NCBI GenBank assembly: GCA_046484135.1
Contig: JAWOBU010000196.1
Location: 1-16,383, forward strand
DNA: 16,383 nt
Direction: 5' to 3'
DNA from: a bacterium
GTDB taxonomy: Bacteria > RBG-13-61-14 > DATKZS01
Shown piece by piece: positions 7,463-13,862 of the stretch. The position numbers and the translations under genes are program-made. Position 1 is the stretch's first letter. Each line of letters begins with the position of its first letter. Under the pieces are notes generated by a model that did not search any database, had not been told where the DNA came from, and saw only the letters and a list, made by a program, of their open reading frames with translations.

Positions 7463-7761
7463 CTTCCGGGGACCTCCTGCCAGTGGTCGGCCTGATGGAG
7501 GCTCAGCTTGCCCTGCCGGGCCTTCCTTTCCATGAGCGGAATATCCGCGCTCACCCTTTCCGTCTTCTCCAGCGACTCCCAGTGGTCTGCCGGATGAAGG
7601 GATATCACGCCCTTCTGCTCTAACTTCTCCAGGCTGGACACGTCCACTGTAGAAACCGTGGCCTCCTCGCGGTTGCGATGGTGCACTAACGCGACCACCG
7701 ACACCGCCAGAAGGATCGTCACGCAAAGAGCGGCAATGAACCTGGCGTCGTCTTTCTTCAT
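7459..7761 (-). CDS. Small single-pass membrane protein (100 aa) with two 33-aa repeats ending SLHxADHW
   Basis: N-terminal TM (FIAALCVTILLAVSVVALV), internal protein-level tandem repeat, ATGA coupling to amrS, and an AT-rich promoter-like region upstream. Confidence 0.8.
   Translation of the reverse strand: MKKDDARFIAALCVTILLAVSVVALVHHRNREEATVSTVDVSSLEKLEQKGVISLHPADHWESLEKTERVSADIPLMERKARQGKLSLHQADHWQEVPGR
7462..7660 (-). repeat. Two imperfect 99-nt (33-aa) coding repeats
   Basis: DVSSLEKLEQKGVISLHPADHWESL versus DIPLMERKARQGKLSLHQADHWQEV. Core motifs at 7579-7602 and 7480-7503 are 99 nt apart. Confidence 0.75.
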
Positions 7762-7770
7762 GAGACTATT

Positions 7771-7804
7771 ACTATAATTTTAGCACGGGGGGCGGGGTTA
7801 ACAA
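7771..7804 (-). promoter_or_regulatory. Putative promoter of the AmmeMemoRadiSam operon
   Basis: Minus strand TTGTTA (7804-7799), 16 nt spacer, TG-c-TAAAAT (-10 at 7782-7777), immediately followed by TATAGT (7776-7771). No SD before ATG 7761. Confidence 0.5.
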
Positions 7805-7843
7805 TGGTAGTGGCGAGGGCCTTGGAGATTTAAATTAGCATTA

Positions 7844-9292
7844 TCAACGCATCTGCCGCAGGATGTTCCAGTACGCTCCGCGGGCGCCCTTTTTGACGGC
7901 GCGTTGGAGGGGGCGGTTGTCGTTGTAGTTGTAATTGGTCTTGACGTCCTTTCTGGAGGCGAAGAAGAAGCTCCGGTCACCGCCGATGGTCTTTTGAAGA
8001 TAGCCTTCCGGGTCGGGCCCGAGCTTTTCGGACACGTAGAAGACTGGCTTCAGGAGTCCGGGGTTGTTGCGTGTTTTTCCGTGAAGGGCGGGGTTCTCTT
8101 GCAGCGGTCCCTTTTTCTTTAGTTGCTTTTCCAGGCGGGTTCCGGGGAAGAGCCTTACCCCGAAGCTCACTCCGGTGCAGTCGGGCCCGATGCGTTTTAC
8201 CTCGCGCACGGTCTTTTTCATGGATGCATCGGTCTCGCCGGGACCTCCGAGCAGAAGGTCGAACATGAATACCAAGCCTGCTTTGCGGCAGGCGCTTGCG
8301 CATTCATAAAGGTCTGCGGTGTTAAAGTCGCGTCCCAGGTTCTCGAGCATGGCGTCATTGGCCGCGTCCACTGAGAAGTCTATGCCCTTACAGCCGGCGC
8401 GGGCCATGAGGCCTGCGAGGTCCTTGTCCATAGGCCTGGGCAGAGCATAGGTGTACCACGCGACCGTTGGGCCGAGCCCTTTCTTTATTATGGCCCGGCA
8501 CACCGCTTGGGCGTGTTTCCCGGTCAGGTTGAACTCGGAGTCGCACAGGTGGAAGGTATGGACGCCCATGCGGGAAAGCCTCTCCATTTCCTCGGCCACG
8601 CTCTCCGGGTTCCGGTACCTGACCGTGGTCCCCTTGGCCAGCGGGTCGGCGCAGTAGATGCACTTTTTGTTGCAGCCGCGCTGGGTCTCGATGTTGCCCT
8701 GGCCGCCCTCTTGGAAGTACCGCTCCGGCGCAAACCATTGCCTGCCCGGATCAAGCTCGCGCAGCGGCTGTTGATCGAGCTCTACATCGGCCGGCCTTCC
8801 CGTGAACACGCCGCTAATGGAGCCGGGGTCCCGGTCCTCGGCCAGCGCTTTTACCAGGAGCGGGAAAGAACTCTCGCCGTCGCCGCGGATACCCAGATCA
8901 GCGCCTATGTACTCGAGCGCGGCAACCGGCGAGATGGAAAAACCCACTCCCCCGGCCACTACCGGCGCGTCGGTGATTTCCTTTATCTCCCGGACGTACC
9001 TTTTAACCGGATTTAAAAGAAAACTCCGGCTCGCGTAGTAGCAGTCGTCCAGGTTTCGCACTGATATGCCGATGACTCCGGGCTTCAGTTCTTTTACGGC
9101 GAGTTGAATTTCTTTAAGAGGCGCTCTCGCAAAAGAGAGATCGAGTGTTTTGGGAGTAATGCCCCGGGCTTGCAGGGCATGGGCAAGGAGTTCGAGCCCC
9201 AGCGGCGCGACGGGCGGCTTCATGCGGTTGGGGTTTATAAGGAGAACGTCCGGGGCCTTTGCCCGGCGGTGTTTTGGGGACGTGCCGTTCAT
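7844..9292 (-). CDS. B12-binding radical SAM protein, TsrM (tryptophan 2-C-methyltransferase)-like
   Basis: LLINPNRMKPPVAP, SVRNLD, VVAGGVGFS, RYFQEGG, RGCNKKCIYCADPLAKG, HLCDSEFNL, NYNYNDN...GARGAYW. These blocks are colinear with TsrM as I recall it. The B12-rSAM class is secure; the subfamily less so. Confidence 0.88.
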   Translation of the reverse strand: MNGTSPKHRRAKAPDVLLINPNRMKPPVAPLGLELLAHALQARGITPKTLDLSFARAPLKEIQLAVKELKPGVIGISVRNLDDCYYASRSFLLNPVKRYVREIKEITDAPVVAGGVGFSISPVAALEYIGADLGIRGDGESSFPLLVKALAEDRDPGSISGVFTGRPADVELDQQPLRELDPGRQWFAPERYFQEGGQGNIETQRGCNKKCIYCADPLAKGTTVRYRNPESVAEEMERLSRMGVHTFHLCDSEFNLTGKHAQAVCRAIIKKGLGPTVAWYTYALPRPMDKDLAGLMARAGCKGIDFSVDAANDAMLENLGRDFNTADLYECASACRKAGLVFMFDLLLGGPGETDASMKKTVREVKRIGPDCTGVSFGVRLFPGTRLEKQLKKKGPLQENPALHGKTRNNPGLLKPVFYVSEKLGPDPEGYLQKTIGGDRSFFFASRKDVKTNYNYNDNRPLQRAVKKGARGAYWNILRQMR

Positions 9293-9293
9293 A

Positions 9294-10067
9294 CTACCAT
9301 TGGTTGCGCAGCTCCCGGATTTGCCGGAAAGTCTCGAAGGTGTTCTCGGGGGACATCTCGGGATACTCGCTTGTAAGGCTTTCGATGAGCTCGGGGTTTT
9401 CGACGCGGAAGAAGGGGTTGTATTTTTTTTCTTCCCCCAGGGTGGATGAAATGATGACCCCTTTTCTCTCGGCGTTTTTCAGTTCCTTGAGCTTATGGTC
9501 TATGTGTACATTGTCCGGCTCGATGGTCTGTGCGAAGTGGAGGTTTGTATAGGCGTAATCGTGTCCGGGACACAGCTCGAGCCTTGCGGGCAGGGGTATG
9601 ATCTTTTCCTTGAAGCTGTAAAAGAGGTCTTTTACGTCTCCGCCGAAGCGGGTGTTTCCGGCTCCGGCCAGAAACACGGTGTCGCCGGAGATGAACTTGT
9701 TCATGACCCGGAAGCAGACGGAGCCCGCGGTATGGCCCGGGGTATGGATGACCTCAATTCTTGTTTTCCCGACCTCGATTTCCTGGCCGTCGGCAAGCGG
9801 CCGGGCAGCGTTTAAGACCCGGTCCTCGGGATGGGCCATGATCTCGGCGCCGGTGGAGTTGGCGATCACCTGGTTGCCGCCGGTATGGTCGGGGTGGCCG
9901 TGGGTGTTGAGCACAAAGAGGATTTTGAGCTTTTTCTTTTCCGAGTACTCCAGGATGTCATGTGCGCTTATGGGGTCCACTACCGCCGCGGTTTTGGTGG
10001 AGGAGCACCCGATAACATAAGCGAGGTTGTCGCCCCCTCCCCGGAACTTCTCGAAGATGAAAGCCAT
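9294..10067 (-). CDS. gloB: Hydroxyacylglutathione hydrolase (glyoxalase II)-like metallo-beta-lactamase fold hydrolase, 257 aa
   Basis: DNLAY, THGHPDHTGGN, HTPGHT, SGDTVF, PGHDY..NLHFA, STLGEEKKYNPF (HAGH C-terminal domain). GGAG SD before ATG 10067. Confidence 0.85.
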   Translation of the reverse strand: MAFIFEKFRGGGDNLAYVIGCSSTKTAAVVDPISAHDILEYSEKKKLKILFVLNTHGHPDHTGGNQVIANSTGAEIMAHPEDRVLNAARPLADGQEIEVGKTRIEVIHTPGHTAGSVCFRVMNKFISGDTVFLAGAGNTRFGGDVKDLFYSFKEKIIPLPARLELCPGHDYAYTNLHFAQTIEPDNVHIDHKLKELKNAERKGVIISSTLGEEKKYNPFFRVENPELIESLTSEYPEMSPENTFETFRQIRELRNQW

Positions 10068-10089
10068 GAAAAACTCCGATCTAAATTTC

Positions 10090-10120
10090 ACAACCCCCTT
10101 CTTGCTCGGAAGGGGGTTGT
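10090..10120. terminator. Perfect 12-bp hairpin between the LysM gene and gloB (terminator or regulatory stem)
   Basis: ACAACCCCCTTC (10090-10101), 7 nt loop, GAAGGGGGTTGT (10109-10120). No strong U-tract on the minus strand. Confidence 0.5.
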
Positions 10121-10192
10121 TGTAAACTCCTTAAAGAGGCGCATTTAAAAACAGGAACCGATTTTAGTCAATCAGGCCTTTCCCGCCGGCGT

Positions 10193-10807
10193 TTACTCTT
10201 GTGACTCTTCCCCGCCCTCGGTCTCTATCTGGACCCTGCGGGAACCTTCGCCTTCGCCGGAACCGCCTTCGCCCTCGCCTTCGGCTGCTTCTTCGCCTTC
10301 TTCTTCACCGGTCTTGATCTGGACCTTCTTTATTTCCATCCTCTCTTCTTTTTCCACGAGCTTGGTCTTCTTCCTGCCGGGCTTGGCCAGTATCTCCCGC
10401 CTTTGTTTTTCGAGCTGCATGAACTCGTCAAAGTTATAGCGGGGAGTCCAGCAGGGCGGGACCTCGATGGCCAGTATCTGGTCCTTGTAAATGATGTTGG
10501 GATTGCGCAGCTTCTCTTTGTTCATGTTATAGATGCGGCGCCAGGCCCGCGGGTCTCCGTAATAATAGGCCGCCAGGATGTGAAGGTTCTCGCCCGCGCC
10601 CACCCGGTGCAGGATCGTGCAGGGCTGTCCCTCCTTAACGTCGGGCTGGCCGCCGGGACAGCAGGCGCCTTTGCCCTGTTTGCCCTGGAATTCGCTCGGG
10701 GGGGCGGTGGTCTCAGGCGGGTTCTGCGAAAAGGCGGGAAGACTCAACCAGCACAAAGTAAACACCGCTACCATCACCGCTACCAGATTTTCTCGCTTCA
10801 GCATCAT
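10193..10807 (-). CDS. Secreted LysM-domain protein with Glu/Gly-rich acidic tail
   Basis: Signal peptide ending ..LPAFS. LysM domain HRVGAGENLHILAAYYYGDPRAWRRIYNMNKEKLRNPNIIYKDQILAI. AAGGAGG SD. Start is one of three tandem ATGs (10810/10807/10804). Confidence 0.88.
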   Translation of the reverse strand: MMLKRENLVAVMVAVFTLCWLSLPAFSQNPPETTAPPSEFQGKQGKGACCPGGQPDVKEGQPCTILHRVGAGENLHILAAYYYGDPRAWRRIYNMNKEKLRNPNIIYKDQILAIEVPPCWTPRYNFDEFMQLEKQRREILAKPGRKKTKLVEKEERMEIKKVQIKTGEEEGEEAAEGEGEGGSGEGEGSRRVQIETEGGEESQE

Positions 10808-10892
10808 CATTAGCCTCCTTAGCAGCTTGGACCCTTGTTCCCAATCTCAAGATCAACATTGGTTCCACATAATCAACTGACTCTATTTAATC

Positions 10893-10910
10893 ACATTTTA
10901 AACAAAATGT
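10893..10910. promoter_or_regulatory. AT-rich palindrome (possible operator) in the divergent LysM/phoD intergenic region
   Basis: ACATTTT-AAAC-AAAATGT. Confidence 0.35.
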
Positions 10911-10919
10911 AAAGTGGTT

Positions 10920-10948
10920 TTTCCGAAAGGCGGGGGGTGTGATATGGT
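10920..10948 (+). promoter_or_regulatory. Possible extended -10 promoter for the PhoD-like gene
   Basis: TTTCCG, 17 nt spacer, TG-a-TATGGT (-10 at 10943-10948). Confidence 0.35.
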
Positions 10949-11014
10949 ACACAAGGGAAGAAAGGATGCTCCTGTCCTTTGGAAAGCCGCTGTCTTGCCG
11001 GAAAGGAGACTGGG

Positions 11015-12844
11015 ATGAAAAGAGTCAAGCTTTTTCAGGGAAGCGGAAAGGTTCTGTGTGCCGCGCTGGCGTTTATTATCATGGCCCTTGCCGCGTGCTC
11101 GCTTTTACATCTTCAGGAGAAAAGAAGGGTGGTCTTTACGCTTTACACCATTGACGAAGGCGTCATGAAGATGACCGCCCAGCTCTACCCCGACCGGTGG
11201 GGAGACCTTGAGAAAGTGCGCCTGCAATTAAAAGAAGAGGGCGAGTGGTCAGTGGTTCAGGAGTCGGGGATACAAAACCCGGGCTGGACCGCCCACTTCC
11301 GGATCGAGGATTGGGATTCGAGCAGGGCCGTTCCTTACCGGGCCTGCTACAAGGGGGACTGCCGGCAAGGCGTCATCCGCAAGGACCCGGTGAACCAGGA
11401 CGAGATCATGGTGGCCGCCTTTACCGGCAATGGACCTTTCCCTCCCGTTCCCAAGAGCGACATAGTGAAGAACTTGAAGAAGTACGACCCCGACCTCCTG
11501 GTCTTCACCGGAGACCAGGTGTACCGGCATTACGGCCACCTTCAAAAATGGATCGAGTTCGGCGAAGACTTCGGCGAGCTTATAAAAGACCGGCCCACCG
11601 TGTGTATACCCGACGACCACGACGTGGGGCAGGGCAACCTGTGGGGAGCCGGCGGCAGGCCCACGGACAACATCTACCAAGGAGGCTACAAAAAAGACGC
11701 GGAGTATGTAAAAGAAGTCGAGAAGGCCCAGACCAGCCACCTTCCCGATCCCTACGACCCGGAGCCGGTCAAGCAAGGCATCGGCGTTTACTACACCGAT
11801 CTCACCTGGGGCGGGATCAGCTTTGCCATCATCGAGGACCGCAAATGGAAGTCCGGTTGCGCCGGCCTGGTAACGCCGGAGCTGGGGCCTCGCGCCGACC
11901 ACGTTACCGCCGAGAGCTATGACAAGGACGCCCTGGACCCGCCCGGCCTCCGGCTTCTGGGACAGCGCCAGCTCGAATTCCTCCGCGAGTGGACAAAGGA
12001 CTGGGAAGGCGCCGAGATGAAGGCGGTCATCTCCCAGACCATCTTTGCGAATGTCAGCACCCACCACGGTCCGTTCGAGGAAAGGATTTACGCGGACCTC
12101 GATTCGAACGGATGGCCCCGAAGCCGCCGGGAGCGGGCCTTGCGGGAAATCCGCCGCGGCTTCGCCTTCATGATCGCGGGGGACCAGCACCTCGCGTCCA
12201 TCGTGCATCACGGCATTGACGAGTGGAACGACGCGGGCTACTCCTTTTGCGTGCCCTCTATCGCCAACTACTACCCCCGCTCCTGGAAGCCGGAAGAACC
12301 CGGCAAAAACCGGCGAGCAGGCGCGCCCTCCTACACCGGCGAGTTCGAGGACGGACTCGGCAACAAGGTCACCGTCTACGCGGTCTCCAACCCCGAAGAC
12401 ACCGGAAGAAAGCCTTCCTCTCTCCACGACAAGGCGCCCGGCTTCGGCATCATAAGGTTTGACAAAAAACAACGAACCATAACCATGGAATGCTGGCCCC
12501 GACAGGTAGACCCCACCGACCCCCAAAACCGGGACATGCAATATAAAGGATGGCCCATGACCGTAAAGCAAAAGGACAACTACGGCAGACAACCCTTCGG
12601 TCATCTTCCGCCAATAAACGTGATCGGACGGCAGGACCCGGTGGTACAAGTGATAAAGGAAAAGGACAAGGAAGTGGTCTATACCCTCCGCATAAACGGC
12701 GACTCCTTCCGGCCGCCCGTGTTCGAGCCGGGCGAATACACGGTCAAGATCGGCGAGCTCCCCGGCGAACACCAGAGCCTCACCGGGCTTCGGCCTTCCA
12801 GAGAAAAGCCTGAACCAATAAGGGTGGACCTGTCCGTGCCTTGA
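11015..12844 (+). CDS. Alkaline phosphatase D (PhoD)-family metallophosphoesterase, exported, 609 aa
   Basis: Metal-ligand motifs FTGDQVY, PDDHDV, IEDR, DSNGW, AGDQH, and GFGIIRF. N-terminal hydrophobic segment with LAAC. AAGGAG SD before ATG 11015. Confidence 0.85.
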   Translation: MKRVKLFQGSGKVLCAALAFIIMALAACSLLHLQEKRRVVFTLYTIDEGVMKMTAQLYPDRWGDLEKVRLQLKEEGEWSVVQESGIQNPGWTAHFRIEDWDSSRAVPYRACYKGDCRQGVIRKDPVNQDEIMVAAFTGNGPFPPVPKSDIVKNLKKYDPDLLVFTGDQVYRHYGHLQKWIEFGEDFGELIKDRPTVCIPDDHDVGQGNLWGAGGRPTDNIYQGGYKKDAEYVKEVEKAQTSHLPDPYDPEPVKQGIGVYYTDLTWGGISFAIIEDRKWKSGCAGLVTPELGPRADHVTAESYDKDALDPPGLRLLGQRQLEFLREWTKDWEGAEMKAVISQTIFANVSTHHGPFEERIYADLDSNGWPRSRRERALREIRRGFAFMIAGDQHLASIVHHGIDEWNDAGYSFCVPSIANYYPRSWKPEEPGKNRRAGAPSYTGEFEDGLGNKVTVYAVSNPEDTGRKPSSLHDKAPGFGIIRFDKKQRTITMECWPRQVDPTDPQNRDMQYKGWPMTVKQKDNYGRQPFGHLPPINVIGRQDPVVQVIKEKDKEVVYTLRINGDSFRPPVFEPGEYTVKIGELPGEHQSLTGLRPSREKPEPIRVDLSVP

Positions 12845-12937
12845 ACAACAGAGATTGAAAATCGCTTTTGCAAAATTTCGTAGAAAGCCCGTGTTTTTGT
12901 AAAAGCATAATGGCCGCTCTTGTCAATGTATGCGCTT

Positions 12938-13061
12938 TAGGTCCTGCGACATGAATCATGAAGGACACTTGACGCCCGGCAGGGGCGCTTGTAACATGAC
13001 CTTTGATTCTGGAACAGGGGGGCATTTGCCGGTCCCCCGGATTTCAAGGTCGCAGGTCCTA
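12938..13061. repeat. Inverted 13-bp repeat pair / two quasi-palindromic operator-like sites flanking the promoter
   Basis: TAGGTCCTGCGAC (12938-12950) versus GTCGCAGGTCCTA (13049-13061): 12/13 complementary. Confidence 0.55.
12969..12997 (+). promoter_or_regulatory. Sigma70-type promoter for the DUF3330-like / trpG pair
   Basis: TTGACG (12969-12974), 17 nt spacer, TAACAT (12992-12997). Confidence 0.6.
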
Positions 13062-13079
13062 TGGGCGGGAGGAGTCGAG

Positions 13080-13238
13080 ATGAGCGAAGAAAAGGTTGCA
13101 TGCGAGGTCTGCAGGAAAGAGATACCCAAATCGGTGGCCCTTTCAGTGGAGGGGTCTGATTACATCCATTACTTCTGTTGTTCGGACTGCCTGGAGCACT
13201 TTTTCCTTGACCATCCGGAGCTCCGGCCGGTCAAGTAG
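13080..13238 (+). CDS. Small Cys-rich metal-binding protein, DUF3330 / TRASH-YHS-like, 52 aa
   Basis: MSEEKVACEVCRKEIPKSVALSVEGSDYIHYFCCSDCLEHF: CxxC-KEIP...EGxDY..xFCxxxC pattern. GGAGGAG SD before ATG 13080. Confidence 0.8.
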   Translation: MSEEKVACEVCRKEIPKSVALSVEGSDYIHYFCCSDCLEHFFLDHPELRPVK

Positions 13239-13277
13239 TATCCACGTGGACCGGTAAGGCCTCGAGGGGAGTGGCTT

Positions 13278-13841
13278 GTGATCCTGATGATAGACAACTA
13301 TGACTCTTTCACTTACAACCTGGTCCAGTACCTGGGCGAGCTGGGCGCCGAGGTCGAGGTGTATAGAAACGACGTCATCACGCCGGACGAGATAGAAGAG
13401 CTCGCTCCGGAGAAGATCGTGATATCTCCGGGTCCGTGCGACCCTCCCCGGGCCGGGGTGTCGGTGGAGGTGATAAAACGCTTTGCCGGAAAGCTGCCCC
13501 TTTTGGGCGTGTGCATAGGCCACCAGTCCATCGGCTACGCCCTGGGAGGCAAGATCGTGATCGCAGACCGGCTCATGCACGGCAAGACCTCGGTCATCCA
13601 TCACGATGGAAAGAGCGTGTTCCGGGACATTCCCTCCGGGTTCTCCGCCATCCGCTATCATTCCCTCTTGGTGGAACGAGAGAGCCTGCCCGACTGCCTC
13701 GAGGTCTCCGCCTGGACCGATGAAGGAGAGATCATGGGACTGCGCCACAAAGAGTACAACCTGGAAGGCATCCAGTTCCACCCCGAGTCCATCCTGACCG
13801 AAAACGGGAAACAGCTTCTTAAGAACTTCCTGGAAAGCTGA
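13278..13841 (+). CDS. trpG: Anthranilate/aminodeoxychorismate synthase component II (class I glutamine amidotransferase)
   Basis: [28 protein letters not shown] (catalytic Cys), [22 protein letters not shown] start with GAGGGG SD. Could equally be pabA. Confidence 0.95.
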   Translation: MILMIDNYDSFTYNLVQYLGELGAEVEVYRNDVITPDEIEELAPEKIVISPGPCDPPRAGVSVEVIKRFAGKLPLLGVCIGHQSIGYALGGKIVIADRLMHGKTSVIHHDGKSVFRDIPSGFSAIRYHSLLVERESLPDCLEVSAWTDEGEIMGLRHKEYNLEGIQFHPESILTENGKQLLKNFLES

Positions 13842-13862
13842 AACCAATCCTTTTTATGGAAT

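Noticed and set aside
7463..7726. 88-aa N-terminal extension of AmrS in the ORF track
   Set aside because: Gly/Pro/Arg-rich alternative-frame reading of the 100-aa TM gene. A perfect SD supports ATG 7462.
711..9292. Three radical SAM genes as one biosynthetic cluster
   Set aside because: They belong to different subfamilies and sit in separate predicted transcription units. No evidence of a shared pathway beyond proximity.
11249..12772. 507-aa minus-strand ORF
   Set aside because: Antisense shadow of the PhoD-like gene with no recognisable domain.
12864..12906. GCTTTTGCAAAA...TTTTGTAAAAGC inverted repeat after phoD
   Set aside because: AT-rich with a 19-nt loop and no U-tract; too weak to call a terminator or operator.
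12930..13079. Longer start for the DUF3330-like ORF, or a trp attenuator leader peptide
   Set aside because: A strong GGAGGAG SD supports ATG 13080. No short ORF with tandem Trp codons and no T-box features were seen.
12845..13079. 6S RNA, SRP RNA or TPP/cobalamin riboswitch in the 235-bp gap
   Set aside because: Long-range pairing exists, but I could not find the diagnostic conserved sequences of these families. Left as an unassigned structure.
7844..13841. Functional link between the TsrM-like enzyme and trpG (methyl-tryptophan pathway)
   Set aside because: They are 4 kb apart on opposite strands, separated by unrelated genes, and no other trp or quinaldate genes are present.
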